Shown here piece after piece: positions 1 through 9,373 of a stretch of 64,000 nt of DNA (position 1 is the first letter of the stretch; every line of letters starts with the position of its first letter). A model generated the notes under the pieces. The model searched no databases, was not told the DNA's origin, and saw only the letters and a program-made list of their open reading frames with translations. A program made the translations under genes and the position numbers. The stretch is from Gemmatimonadales bacterium (lineage in GTDB: Bacteria > Gemmatimonadota > Gemmatimonadetes > Gemmatimonadales > GWC2-71-9), in assembly GCA_050732995.1 (NCBI GenBank), contig JBOHSA010000095.1, forward strand, positions 1,471 through 65,470, written 5' to 3'.

Positions 1-535
1 GCGCGTACACGGTTCCGCCGGCGGGGATGCGGGGGGCGAACAGGCCGTCGAGCAGCGCCGCCCAATCGGGGTGGAGCAGGGGGGCGGTGAGGACCACGCC
101 CGCCACCATCAGCACCACACACACCGCCATCACGCGCTCGAACAGCCGGAACCCACCGCGCCAGACGAGCAGCCCGCCGACGACGGAGTGCGCGATGCCC
201 CACGCGATCTTGGAGGCATCGGGATCATGCGCCAGCGGCAGCAACCCCGTGCCGGCGACGCCGCACGCGCTGGCGAGCGCGCCGGCCGTGAAGAACCCCC
301 AGGGCAGCAGGTAGACGAGAAACGCCCACTGGGCCCAGCGTCCCAGGTGTGCGACCCACCCCTCGACGAGCGTCGTGCCGGTCGCCATCTGCCACCGGGC
401 GATCCCTTCGTTCAGGAACCACTTCAGCAGGGCCCCGATCCACGCGGCCCAGAGCAACGCGAGACCGTGGCGTGATCCCGCCAGGCTCGCCGTGAGGAGG
501 TCACCGGCTCCGACGCCCGTGGCGGCGATCAGCAT
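1..535 (-). CDS. NRAMP-family divalent metal cation transporter, 5' part (gene continues past the left window edge)
   Basis: Absent from the ORF track because it has no in-window stop. My reverse-strand translation from the ATG at 535 reads MLIAATGVGAGDLLTASLAGSRHGLALLWAAWIGALLKWFLNEGIARWQMATGTTLVEGW... and continues as hydrophobic helices to position 1. The pattern resembles Nramp/MntH TM1-TM4, with GAGD in place of the canonical DPGN. The frame stays open upstream to 670 (GTG at 628), so the start is uncertain. Confidence 0.65.
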   Translation of the reverse strand, partial: MLIAATGVGAGDLLTASLAGSRHGLALLWAAWIGALLKWFLNEGIARWQMATGTTLVEGWVAHLGRWAQWAFLVYLLPWGFFTAGALASACGVAGTGLLPLAHDPDASKIAWGIAHSVVGGLLVWRGGFRLFERVMAVCVVLMVAGVVLTAPLLHPDWAALLDGLFAPRIPAGGTVYA

Positions 536-580
536 GCCCGGCGCGAACAGGGCGAGCCGGGGGAACCGGGGTGGGGTCCG

Positions 581-622
581 GGCGGGGAGGGAGGGGGGGG
601 AGGGGGGGGAGGGGGGGGAGGG
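581..622 (+). repeat. G-tract with three consecutive G8-A units
   Basis: Read directly: G8 at 593-600, 602-609 and 611-618, each followed by a single A. It lies in the divergent region between the Nramp and ECF sigma genes. Confidence 0.9.
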
Positions 623-711
623 TTGCACGGAAGCGGTGCGGGCCGAATCTCCCGCCCGCCCCCAGCGCTGTCAACCGGGCGGGCCTAGCCACGCCACACC
701 GCCCGTGTCAT

Positions 712-1257
712 ATGGATCAGCCGTGCCCGACACTCACTCACGACCCCGCTGAGGCCGAGATGCTGCGCCCCGACCTGGAAAAGGAGCTCGAGCGCCTGCA
801 CCCCGCCGCCTTCGGTTGGGCGCTGAGCTGCTGCGCCGGGGATCGCCGGGTGGCCGAGGACGCGCTCCAGGCGAGCTACCTCAAGATCCTGGATGGCCGG
901 GCGCGGTTCGACGGCCGCTCGAGCTTCCGGACCTGGGTGTTCGGCGTCGTGCGGCGGACGGCGGCCGAAGAGCGGCGGCGCGCCCGCATCCGATGGTGGC
1001 TGACGTGGTCCCTGGACAACCCGCCGGACCCGGAGACCGCCCTGGTGCGCTCGGAGACCACCCGGCAGCTGGCAACGGCGCTCGGCGGCCTGCCGGCCAG
1101 GCAGCGCGCGGTGCTCCACCTGGTGTTCTACCAGGAGCTCACGATCGCCGAGGCAGCCGCCGTGCTGGGTGTGGCGCTCGGCACGGCCCGGACCCACTAC
1201 GAGCGCGGCAAGGCCGCGCTGCGACGGCTGTTGGTCGCGGAGGAGGACCCGACATGA
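712..1257 (+). CDS. ECF-type RNA polymerase sigma-70 family factor
   Basis: ORF 571..1257. It has a region-2-like FRTWVFGVVRRTAAEERRR and a region-4 HTH, ARQRAVLHLVFYQELTIAEAAAVLGVALGTARTHYERGKAALRRLL. The first 47 codons of the listed ORF (MGSGRGGRGG...) only translate the G-tract, so ATG 712 (or 760) is the likelier start. Confidence 0.85.
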   Translation: MDQPCPTLTHDPAEAEMLRPDLEKELERLHPAAFGWALSCCAGDRRVAEDALQASYLKILDGRARFDGRSSFRTWVFGVVRRTAAEERRRARIRWWLTWSLDNPPDPETALVRSETTRQLATALGGLPARQRAVLHLVFYQELTIAEAAAVLGVALGTARTHYERGKAALRRLLVAEEDPT

Positions 1258-1604
1258 ACGAGGCGCGTGAGCGGGAGCTGCGCGACCGGTTCGAGCGCCT
1301 GCGGCGCGAGGAGGCCGACCGCGTGCCCGCGTTCCGCGCCGTGCTCGCGGCTGCGGAGCGGCGCCGCGCCGGGCGTCCGCCCGCGCGATTCCGCCTGGCG
1401 CTCGGCGTGATCGCCCTCGCGGCCGGGGTGGTCGCGGTCGTGGTGGGGGTGAGGCTGTTCCGGGCACCCGCCACGCCTGTGGATCTCGCCGCGACCCGCT
1501 GGCGCGGCCCCACCGACTTTCTGCTGCGGCTGCCGGGCCACGAGCTGCTGGGCACGGTCCCGCGGCTCAGCACCATGTACACCGACTGGAGGAATCCGTT
1601 ATGA
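1254..1604 (+). CDS. putative anti-sigma factor (single-pass membrane protein)
   Basis: ATGA start/stop overlap with the sigma gene. Charged N-terminus (MNEARERELRDRFERLRREEADR) followed by one TM helix (LALGVIALAAGVVAVVVGV). The call rests on position after the ECF sigma gene; no family motif was recognised. Confidence 0.5.
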   Translation: MNEARERELRDRFERLRREEADRVPAFRAVLAAAERRRAGRPPARFRLALGVIALAAGVVAVVVGVRLFRAPATPVDLAATRWRGPTDFLLRLPGHELLGTVPRLSTMYTDWRNPL

Positions 1605-2017
1605 GGCACCGTTTCGCGGGAGCGCTCGCCGTCCTCGCCGCCGTGGCGCCGACCGCCGCGGGGCAGCAGCCGGGAGAGGACCCGCTGGCCCGGCTCCTGT
1701 TTCCACCGGAGCTCGTGATGCAGCGCCGGGCCGACATCGGGCTCCAGCCGGAGCAGCGCGCCACGATTACCAAGGCGATTCAGGACTTCCAGACGAAAGT
1801 CGTGGACCTGCAATGGCGGATTCAGGAGCAGTCGCAGAAGCTCGCCGGGCTGCTCGGCAAACCGTCGGTCGATCCGGCGGCGGCGCTGGCCCAGGTGGAC
1901 GAAGTGCTGAGCGTCGAGCGCGAGATGAAGCGTGCACACATGACGCTGCTCATCCAGATCAAGAACACGCTGACGCCCGAGCAACAAGCGAAGCTGGCCG
2001 CGGCGCGCGGCCCCTGA
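1601..2017 (+). CDS. periplasmic Spy/CpxP/ZraP-like (LTXXQ motif) protein
   Basis: ATGA overlap with the upstream gene. Signal peptide MRHRFAGALAVLAAVAPTAAG, a helical body, and LTPEQQAKL, which matches the LTXXQ motif. Confidence 0.6.
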   Translation: MRHRFAGALAVLAAVAPTAAGQQPGEDPLARLLFPPELVMQRRADIGLQPEQRATITKAIQDFQTKVVDLQWRIQEQSQKLAGLLGKPSVDPAAALAQVDEVLSVEREMKRAHMTLLIQIKNTLTPEQQAKLAAARGP

Positions 2018-2081
2018 GGCGGCGCTAGTGCGCGGCGTCCCCGGCGCGTAGCATATCGGTGGCCCTTTTCCCGGGACGCTC

Positions 2082-3449
2082 GTGCCGCCCCACGCTTCTC
2101 CCGAGCTGCGTCGCTCCCTCGGCTTCCTGCGCGCCACGGCCATGGTGGTGGGCACGATCATCGGGGCGTCGATTTTCGTGCAGCCGTCGGTGGTGACCGG
2201 CGCCGTGCCCTCGGTGACGGGTGGGATGCTGGTGTGGCTCGTGGCGGGTCTGTTGACACTGTGCGGCGCCCTGATCACCGCCGAGCTGGCCGCGGCGTAC
2301 CCGGAGGCGGGCGGCGTCTACGCCTTCCTCCGCTCGGCCTACTCGCCCGCGGCGGGCTTCCTGTGGGCGTGGGCGATGTTCTGGACGATGCACTCCGGCA
2401 TCATTGCCGCGCTCGCCGTGGTGTTCGCGCGTTACGTGGGGTATTTCGCGCCGCTCGGCGACGCGGGTATCCGCGCCGTCGCGATCGTCGCCATTCTCGG
2501 TCTCTCGGCCATCAACTACTTGGGCGTCGCGCTCGGGAGCGGCCTCCAGGCCGCCGTGACCCTCGGTAAGGTCGCCGGGGTCGTCGCCATCCTCGTCGTG
2601 GGGTTCTGGCTGGGCGCGGATCTCCCCAGCCACTTCGTCACCGCATCCGCCTCGGGCGTCCGGGGCCATGGACTCAGCGGGTTCGCCACCGGCGTCGCCG
2701 CCGGCCTGTTCGCCTACGGCGGCTGGCATATGGTGACCTACACCGCCGAGGAGACGCGGGACCCGGAGCGCACGCTGCCGCGCGCTCTGCTCGTCGGCAC
2801 GCTGATCGTCACCGCGGCGTATGTGGCGCTGAACGTCGTCTACCTCTACATCCTGCCGCTCGACCGGGTGATGGCGTCCGACCGGGTCGCCGCCGAGGCC
2901 GCGGACGCGCTGCTCGGCGGGCGGGGGTTGGGGGGGGGTGGCGCGGCGATCTCGGCGCTCGTCATCGGCTCGACCTTCGGCGCGCTCTCGGGGATCGTGC
3001 TCACCGGGCCGCGCGTCTACTTCGCGCTGGCCCGGGATGGGCTGATCTTTCCTTGGGTCGGGGCGGTGCATCCGACGTTTCGGACGCCGCACCGTGCGAT
3101 CGCGCTCCAGGCCGTCTGGTCCGCCGTGCTTGTGGCGACCGGCACCTACCGGGCTCTGTTCACGCGCGTCGTCTACACCGAGTGGATCTTCTTCGCGGCG
3201 ATGGCGGTGGGCCTGCTGCTGCTGCGGCGGCGCGCCGGGTACGCGCCGGCGTATCGCCTCCGCGGCGGTCCCGTGGTCCCGTTGACGTTCGCCGTTGCCG
3301 CCGTCCTCGTCGCCGGGAGCCAGATCGTGACCGATCCTCGGAGCAGCGCGATCGGCCTCCTCCTCGTGCTCGCGGGGCTGCCCGTGTACGCCGTCTGGGT
3401 GCGGGGACGAGCGGGTGACCGCGTCCGCCAGGGAGTAAACCCAACATGA
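2082..3449 (+). CDS. APC-superfamily amino acid permease
   Basis: 455-aa ORF with about 12 hydrophobic segments. N-terminal LRATAMVVGTIIGASIFVQP is typical of amino acid/polyamine permeases. GTG start at 2082. Confidence 0.85.
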   Translation: MPPHASPELRRSLGFLRATAMVVGTIIGASIFVQPSVVTGAVPSVTGGMLVWLVAGLLTLCGALITAELAAAYPEAGGVYAFLRSAYSPAAGFLWAWAMFWTMHSGIIAALAVVFARYVGYFAPLGDAGIRAVAIVAILGLSAINYLGVALGSGLQAAVTLGKVAGVVAILVVGFWLGADLPSHFVTASASGVRGHGLSGFATGVAAGLFAYGGWHMVTYTAEETRDPERTLPRALLVGTLIVTAAYVALNVVYLYILPLDRVMASDRVAAEAADALLGGRGLGGGGAAISALVIGSTFGALSGIVLTGPRVYFALARDGLIFPWVGAVHPTFRTPHRAIALQAVWSAVLVATGTYRALFTRVVYTEWIFFAAMAVGLLLLRRRAGYAPAYRLRGGPVVPLTFAVAAVLVAGSQIVTDPRSSAIGLLLVLAGLPVYAVWVRGRAGDRVRQGVNPT

Positions 3450-4426
3450 GGATCATCGACTTCCACAATCACTACTACCCCCCCGCGTACCTCAAGGCGC
3501 TGCGGGCCGGCCCCACGACGGTGAAAGTGTGGACCGACGGGGACCAGAATCCCGTCTTGGGCTACCCGGGTGACTACAACGTGGTGGTGCGCGGGCACCG
3601 CGACATCGCCTATCGGGAGGCGGTCCTGGAACGCGAGGGCGTGGCCATGCAGGTCCTCACCTTCACGACGCCCGGGACGCACGTGGAGGCGCCCGTGCGG
3701 GCCGTAGCGCTCGCCCGCCTGGTGAACGACGCCTTCGCGGCGGTGGTGCACGCGCGGGCCGCCCGGTTTGCGGCCTTGGCGACTTTGCCGCTGAACGATG
3801 CCGCCGCGGCGGCGGCCGAGCTGGAGCGTGCCGTCACGGAACTGAAGTTCCGGGGCGCGATGCTCTTCAGCAACGTCAACGGCGTGGCCCTGGCCGACGA
3901 CCGCTACCGGCCGCTGTATGAAATCGCGGACGCGCTCGGCGCCGTGCTGTACATCCATCCGACCCACCCCGTCGGCGTGGAAGCGATGACCGAATACTGG
4001 CTCATGCCCCTGGTCGGGTTCCTGTTCGATACCACGCTCGCCGCGGCGCAGCTCGTCTTCAGCGGCGTCGTCGCGCGCTACCCGCGGATCCGCTGGGTCC
4101 TGGGGCACCTGGGTGGCGCCATTCCGTATCTCGCCGAGCGGCTCGATCGCGGCTATGAGGCGTTCCCCGAGTGCCGGGTGCACATCCAGCGGCCGCCGAG
4201 CGCGTATCTGAAGGAGTTCTACTACGACACGGTGAATTTCGACCCTGCGGCGCTGCGACTCGCGCTCGCGTTCGCCGGCCCGCGCCACATCCTGGCGGGG
4301 AGCGACTACCCGCACCGGATCGGCAGTCTCACCGCGATGCGGGAGAGTCTCGAGCACCTCGATCTACCGGCAGCGGACCACGCCCTGGTGCTGGGTGGCA
4401 ACGCCGCGCGGCTGCTGGGCGACTGA
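3446..4426 (+). CDS. amidohydrolase-2 family protein (ACMSD-like metal-dependent hydrolase/decarboxylase)
   Basis: MRIIDFHNHYYPP (HxH metal motif) at the N-terminus, HLGGAIPY, and a C-terminal GSDYPH. ATGA overlap with the permease stop. Confidence 0.8.
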   Translation: MRIIDFHNHYYPPAYLKALRAGPTTVKVWTDGDQNPVLGYPGDYNVVVRGHRDIAYREAVLEREGVAMQVLTFTTPGTHVEAPVRAVALARLVNDAFAAVVHARAARFAALATLPLNDAAAAAAELERAVTELKFRGAMLFSNVNGVALADDRYRPLYEIADALGAVLYIHPTHPVGVEAMTEYWLMPLVGFLFDTTLAAAQLVFSGVVARYPRIRWVLGHLGGAIPYLAERLDRGYEAFPECRVHIQRPPSAYLKEFYYDTVNFDPAALRLALAFAGPRHILAGSDYPHRIGSLTAMRESLEHLDLPAADHALVLGGNAARLLGD

Positions 4427-4487
4427 CGTCCAGCGACCCCCCGGCGTGCACCCGGGGGTCGCGGTTCCGCTGGAGTCGCCTGCGGGC

Positions 4488-7400
4488 TCAGTGCCCGGCG
4501 TCGTCCTCGAAGGGGAACGCCAGCACGCCGGTGCTGCCGATGCGATCGACGCGGAGCACGCGGCTGAGCGTCTTGCCGTCTACCGTGATGCTGACGAGGT
4601 AGTCGCCGCTGGCGACGGTAGCCGCGCCGCCGCCGAGTCCGCCGAACCCGCCACCGCCGCCGCCAGCTGCGCGGCCGAACGTTTGGGCGACGAACCCCAG
4701 GGCGCCGAACCCGCCACCCCCGCCCCCACCCCCGCCGCCCTGACCGGGGCGGCGCAGCAGGTTGCCGAGCTGGCCAAGGAAGCCCGGGTCGGGGGCGGTT
4801 TCGGCGCCTGCGCCGCCCTCCGGCGCGGCGGCGCCTGGTGCACCGGGCGCGCCCGGAGCGCGCGGAGTCGTTTCACCGGGGCGCTCCACGAACCGCCCGG
4901 CCGCGCCGGCACCAGCCCCGCCGCCGCCCCCGCCGCCGCCCCCACCCCCGAAGCCGAAGCGCTGGGCGAGACCCTGAATGTCACCGGCGAGCAGCGCGGT
5001 CTTGATCGGATCGAGCATCTGCTGGTTCTGCCCGGCCTTGGCGAGCGAGTCGAACACGACGTTGATGCGGGCGACGAGCCATACGCTGTCCCGCTTCTGC
5101 GACGGCGACAAGGCCACGGGCGGCGGCTGGCGCCCCTGGAAATTCCACGTGACGCGGTGCAGCCCGGGACCGCCGGGGCCCTGGAGGGTGCGGATCGTGT
5201 CGCCGGTCACGTCGCTGATCACGACGCGGGTGCGGCTGCGCCGGTCGCCCGTGGTCAGGCGGTACCCGATTTCGGCGCCGTACGACGGGCTGGGCGAGCG
5301 GAACGCCTTGTGGCCGGGGCTGCCGCCGCCGAGCGGGGACTGCCCGTACTGGTAAGCCGTCTTCGGTTGAAAGAGGTAGGCCGTGGCGGCGAGCACACTG
5401 TCGGTGAGCTGCTGCAGCGGCGCGATGTCCACGATCCAGATCGCGCGGCCGTGCGTGCCGGCGATCAGCTCCCGGTCGCGGGGGTGAATCTTCAGGTCGT
5501 GCACCGGCACCGTCGGCAGGCCCGTCATGAACTTCTGCCACGAGGCGCCCCGGGTCAACGACACGTAGGCCCCGACGTCCGTCCCCACGAACAGCAGATT
5601 CCGGTTGGTCGGGTCCTCGCGGAGCACGTGGACGTAGTCCGGGCCCCCCTTCGGGAGGTTGTTCGTGATGGACCGGAACGTCTTCCCGAAGTCGGTCGTC
5701 ACGTACACGTAAGGCGTGAAGTCATTGGTCCGGTGGCCGTCGAACGTCACGTAGACGGTGGCCGTGTCGAACCGCGACGGCTCGATCCGGCTCACGTAAG
5801 TGCCCGCCGGCACGCCGGGGAAGCGGCCCGTGAGATTTTCCCACGTGCCGCCGTCGTTCCGCGTCAGCCAGACGTTGCCGTCGTCCGTGCCGGCGAACAG
5901 CAGGCCGGGCCGGATCGGGGACTCGGCGAGGGAGACGATGGTGCAGTGCGTTTCGGCCCCCGTGATGTCTGGAGTGATGCCGCCCGTCGCGCGCGTGCTG
6001 ACGCGGATCTTCATCGTGTCGCGGGTCGTCAAGTCCGCGGAGATCGGGTACAGCTCCTCGCCGCGCTTGGTGGACTTCATCACCTTGTTCGCCCCGGCGT
6101 AGAAGATCTCCGGGTTGTGAGCCGAGATGAGGAATGGCGTGTTCCAGTTCCAGCGCAAGGCGCTGTCGACCGAGTCGGAGCGCTGGCGCGCGCGCAGCGC
6201 CTGGATGCGGCGCCTTTGGGCCGCGGTCTCCGGTCGCGCGGTGTCGGGGCGCTCGATGACCACTGAGTCCTCGAACAGCTGGTAGCGCGGCCGCCAGTTC
6301 GGCTTCTGGAGCTGGACGCGGTCGCCGGTCGCGAAGTTCAACCGCGACATGTTCCCGCCCTGCGACTCGACGTAGATGATGTTCGGGTCGGTCGGGTCCT
6401 GCGCCGTATAGAAGCCGTCCCCTCCGCCGACGGTCGTCCAGTCGGCGTTGGTGATGTCGCCCTGGCGGCGGCGCGAGGGCCCGCACCAGGAGCCGTTGTC
6501 CTGGAGCCCGCCGCACACCCGGTAGGGGAACGCCATGTCGAAGCTGACGATGTACAACTGGCCCAAAGCGAAGGTGTTGAGGAAGTCGTAGTTCCCGCCC
6601 TGGTCCCACGTCTGGGCGATCCCGCCGTCGTTCCCGACGATGATGTGGCTCGGGTCGGCCGGGTCGATCCACATCGCATGGTGGTCGACGTGAATCCCCA
6701 CGGTCGCGTTCCCGACCGTTTTGCCGCCGTCAGTGGAGAAGTTGACGGGCGTCGACGACCAGTAGACGCGGTTCGGGTCCTTCGGGTCCACGCGCACTTG
6801 CGAGTAATAGAAGGGCCGGACGTTGTTGCCGTTGGTTTTCTCCCACGTCGCGCCGCCATCGGCCGAGCGATACAGGCCCGAGGGACGGGTCTGCGCGGGC
6901 TTGCCGGCGGTGGGCCGGGGGTTGGGCGTGGTGTCGGCCTCGACCATCAGATAGATGACCTTCGGGTCGGAGGGCGCGATGGCGATGCCGATCCGGCCCC
7001 GGGTGGTCTCGGGGAGGCCGCCGCCTTTCCCTTCGGTCCAGGTGCGGCCACCGTCGGTGGTTTTCCACAGGGCGCTGCCGGGGCCGCCGCTCTTCAGGAA
7101 GTACGGCCCGCGCACGCGCTCCCAGCTCGCGGCGAACAGCACCTCGGGGTTCGCGGGATCCATCGCGACGTCCACGAAGCCGGCGCGCTCGGAGACGAAC
7201 TTCACGCGCTGCCAGGTCTGCCCCCCGTCGGTGGTCTTGTAGAGCCCGCGCTCGGGGTTCGCGGCCCAGGGCTGCCCCAGGGCGGCGACGTAGACGATGC
7301 TGGGATTGGTCGGATGGACGACGATGCGCCCGATCGCGCCGGAGCGCTCGAGGCCCATGAGCTTCCAGCTGAGCCCGCCGTCGGTGGACTTGTAGATGCC

Positions 7401-7772
7401 ACAGCCGGGGGAGATCGTGTTGCGCGAGTCTTCCTCACCGGTACCCGCCCAGACTTGCAGCGTGTCGCTGGGCGCGATGGCCAGCTCGCCCAGCGCAACG
7501 CACCGCTCGTTGTCGAAGACCGGCCGGAAGGTGGTGCCGGCGTTGGTGGTCTTCCAGATCCCGCCGGCCGCGGCGGCCACGAAGAAGGTGCGGGACGGGC
7601 TCGGGATGCCGACGACGCTCGAGACGCGGCCCATCATGTTGGCCGGGCCGATGTTGCGCCAGCGGAAGCCGGCGAGCAGCGTCGAATCGAGGGGCGTGGA
7701 GACTTGAGCGGAGAGCGCGGGCGGGGCCGCGAGGGTCAGGACGGCCGCAGCCGCCCACAGGCGTTGGGTCAT
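4488..7772 (-). CDS. secreted BNR/Asp-box repeat (sortilin/VPS10-like) protein with Gly-rich C-terminal linker
   Basis: ORF 4488..7946; I place the start at the internal ATG 7772, which gives the signal peptide MTQRLWAAAAVLTLAAPPALSAQ. Repeated Asp-box motifs are present: STDGGLSWK, TTDGGQTWQ, TTDGGRTWT, SADGGATWE, RNDGGTWEN. The C-terminus contains long poly-Gly stretches. Confidence 0.85.
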   Translation of the reverse strand: MTQRLWAAAAVLTLAAPPALSAQVSTPLDSTLLAGFRWRNIGPANMMGRVSSVVGIPSPSRTFFVAAAAGGIWKTTNAGTTFRPVFDNERCVALGELAIAPSDTLQVWAGTGEEDSRNTISPGCGIYKSTDGGLSWKLMGLERSGAIGRIVVHPTNPSIVYVAALGQPWAANPERGLYKTTDGGQTWQRVKFVSERAGFVDVAMDPANPEVLFAASWERVRGPYFLKSGGPGSALWKTTDGGRTWTEGKGGGLPETTRGRIGIAIAPSDPKVIYLMVEADTTPNPRPTAGKPAQTRPSGLYRSADGGATWEKTNGNNVRPFYYSQVRVDPKDPNRVYWSSTPVNFSTDGGKTVGNATVGIHVDHHAMWIDPADPSHIIVGNDGGIAQTWDQGGNYDFLNTFALGQLYIVSFDMAFPYRVCGGLQDNGSWCGPSRRRQGDITNADWTTVGGGDGFYTAQDPTDPNIIYVESQGGNMSRLNFATGDRVQLQKPNWRPRYQLFEDSVVIERPDTARPETAAQRRRIQALRARQRSDSVDSALRWNWNTPFLISAHNPEIFYAGANKVMKSTKRGEELYPISADLTTRDTMKIRVSTRATGGITPDITGAETHCTIVSLAESPIRPGLLFAGTDDGNVWLTRNDGGTWENLTGRFPGVPAGTYVSRIEPSRFDTATVYVTFDGHRTNDFTPYVYVTTDFGKTFRSITNNLPKGGPDYVHVLREDPTNRNLLFVGTDVGAYVSLTRGASWQKFMTGLPTVPVHDLKIHPRDRELIAGTHGRAIWIVDIAPLQQLTDSVLAATAYLFQPKTAYQYGQSPLGGGSPGHKAFRSPSPSYGAEIGYRLTTGDRRSRTRVVISDVTGDTIRTLQGPGGPGLHRVTWNFQGRQPPPVALSPSQKRDSVWLVARINVVFDSLAKAGQNQQMLDPIKTALLAGDIQGLAQRFGFGGGGGGGGGGGAGAGAAGRFVERPGETTPRAPGAPGAPGAAAPEGGAGAETAPDPGFLGQLGNLLRRPGQGGGGGGGGGGFGALGFVAQTFGRAAGGGGGGFGGLGGGAATVASGDYLVSITVDGKTLSRVLRVDRIGSTGVLAFPFEDDAGH

Positions 7773-7857
7773 TGACGGTCGGGTGTGAAGGGTGGACGGT
7801 GAACCGGCGGCACGTCTTAAATGTACGCGCCGCCGGCGCCCGCCGTTGGTCGGCCCG

Positions 7858-9294
7858 CTACCCCGGCCACTGCGCCGGTGGGAGGGGGGGAAAGATGCTG
7901 GGGGGGCGGGGCGGGCGGGGGCGGCCCTTGCGGGCCTTGACTTCATACAGGGCGCGATCCGCCGTGGCCATCAGGGCTTCGGTCGTGGCGCCGTCGCGCG
8001 GGTGCCAGGCGTGGCCGACGCTGACCGCCAGCGTCGGCTTCTCCGGGTTGCCCGCCACGTGTTCCATGATGCGCTGGGCGACCTGCAGGGCCTCGGCTTC
8101 GTCCGTTTCGGGCAGGACCACGGCGAACTCGTCGCCGCCGTAACGCGCGGGGATGTCGATCGACCGGCACGAGGCCCGCAGCGCGTCGGCCACCCGGCAC
8201 AGCGCCCGGCTCCCCACGAGATGCCCATGCCGGTCGTTGATCCGTTTCAGGCCGTCCAGATCGAGCAGCAGGAGCGCGAACGGCCGGTCGGTGCGCTGGG
8301 ACCGCTGGATTTCTCCAGCAATCTCGTGGTTCAGCTGGCGGTAGTTCGCCAGGCCAGTCAGCGGGTCGGTCACGGCCAGCTGGCGCAGCTGGTCCTCGGC
8401 GCGCCGGCCTTCCGAGACGAGCGCCGCCAGCGCCAGGGTCATGATCGCCGTCACGCCCATGAACGCCTGGAGCAGGAGGAGCGACTCGTTGGGCGTTCGT
8501 CGGACGAACGGGCCGAACCCCGAGAGGGTGCCCCACACGGTGATCCCGGACAGCGCGACAATGGCCGTGACGGCGCCGCGCTGCGCGAAGCGGAATGCGG
8601 CCCACACGAACAACGGGACGCACAAGAATTCCAGCGGATAGTTCTTGACATCCGACGGAAACTGGCCGCCGAAGACCACCACCCCGACCAGGACCAGCGC
8701 GAGTCCCAGCAGCGCGGCTTCCGCTGCCCGCCCCCAGTCCCAGCGCGGCCACGGGCTCACGCTCCACGCCAGGAGAAAGGGGGCGACCACCAGATTCCCG
8801 GTGACGTCCCCGAGCCACCACGTGAACCAGATGGATCCGTAGGCCGCCCACTCGGCGAACCCACCGAGCGTGAGACTTGTGACGCCCCACGTCGGACTGA
8901 CCATCGTGCTGCCGATGGCGGCCAGCGCGATGAATCGGAAGAAGTCCGGCGCGCGCAGCAAGGCCTCGCGCCCGCCGGCGAACCGGTTGACCAGGTAGGC
9001 GCCGACGACGCCTTCGAGCGTGTTGCCGATGCCGATGGCGAGCGACGTCGCCGCGGACCCGGCCGTGGTCACATTGGCGAGGAAGGCGCCCAGGAGGATG
9101 GCGGGCCACACCCGGAGCCCGAACAGCAAGAAGGCGGTCAGCGCAATGCCCGTCGGCGGCCACACCAGAGAGGCGTTGGGGTGGAGGAAGGCGAGGCTCA
9201 GCCCGAGCTTGCCGGCCAGAAAGTACACGACAGCGAGGGCGACAAGCGTTGCCGCGTAGCGAACCGATCGGGCGCCGGTGATCCCGTGGGGCAT
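7858..9294 (-). CDS. MASE1-GGDEF diguanylate cyclase
   Basis: The N-terminal multi-TM region (YFLAGKLGLSLAFLHPNASLVWPPTGIAL) is typical of MASE1. The C-terminal domain carries DPLTGLANYR...RYGGDEFAVVLP (intact GGDEF). The Pro-rich tail RPRPPRPPSIFPPLPP is encoded by a G-tract on the opposite strand. Confidence 0.85.
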   Translation of the reverse strand: MPHGITGARSVRYAATLVALAVVYFLAGKLGLSLAFLHPNASLVWPPTGIALTAFLLFGLRVWPAILLGAFLANVTTAGSAATSLAIGIGNTLEGVVGAYLVNRFAGGREALLRAPDFFRFIALAAIGSTMVSPTWGVTSLTLGGFAEWAAYGSIWFTWWLGDVTGNLVVAPFLLAWSVSPWPRWDWGRAAEAALLGLALVLVGVVVFGGQFPSDVKNYPLEFLCVPLFVWAAFRFAQRGAVTAIVALSGITVWGTLSGFGPFVRRTPNESLLLLQAFMGVTAIMTLALAALVSEGRRAEDQLRQLAVTDPLTGLANYRQLNHEIAGEIQRSQRTDRPFALLLLDLDGLKRINDRHGHLVGSRALCRVADALRASCRSIDIPARYGGDEFAVVLPETDEAEALQVAQRIMEHVAGNPEKPTLAVSVGHAWHPRDGATTEALMATADRALYEVKARKGRPRPPRPPSIFPPLPPAQWPG

Positions 9295-9373
9295 GGACCG
9301 CGCTCCCTGAGGGTGAGAGCAAGTTCCCGCAACGCGGCGGCGGGTGACGTGACGGCCGTCACGCGCCGCACGG

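Noticed and set aside
581-622. Poly-G tracts as pure sequencing artefacts (two-colour Illumina poly-G)
   Set aside because: Not fully excluded, but unlikely as a general explanation. The tracts are interrupted by regular A residues and occur on both strands. Inside genes they nearly always preserve the reading frame on both sides, which random artefact insertion would not do. Read-level verification is still required, especially at 42534-42543.
4395-6266. Long ORFs antisense to real genes. Examples: 4395-6266, 6645-7775, 7792-9441, 9482-11146, 10837-12228, 12440-14149, 14845-16041, 17583-19253, 19691-20848, 21284-22294, 23765-25453, 25463-27073, 27759-29372, 31179-32468, 32210-33568, 42595-43920, 43749-45428, 45459-46379, 46612-47877, 48815-50005, 49513-50928, 50324-51527, 53089-54006, 54482-55684, 58732-60498
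   Set aside because: Their translations are dominated by R, P, G and A with no motifs. Each fully overlaps a gene on the other strand or frame that has clear family signatures. Stop-codon scarcity at about 70% GC explains them.
7773-7946. Upstream extensions of several ORFs (7773-7946, 12160-12348, 33374-33502, 24833-25054, 14765-14848, 571-711)
   Set aside because: The extensions are Arg/Pro-rich or translate G-tracts, and they precede internal starts that give proper signal peptides and/or have SD sequences. The shorter models were preferred.
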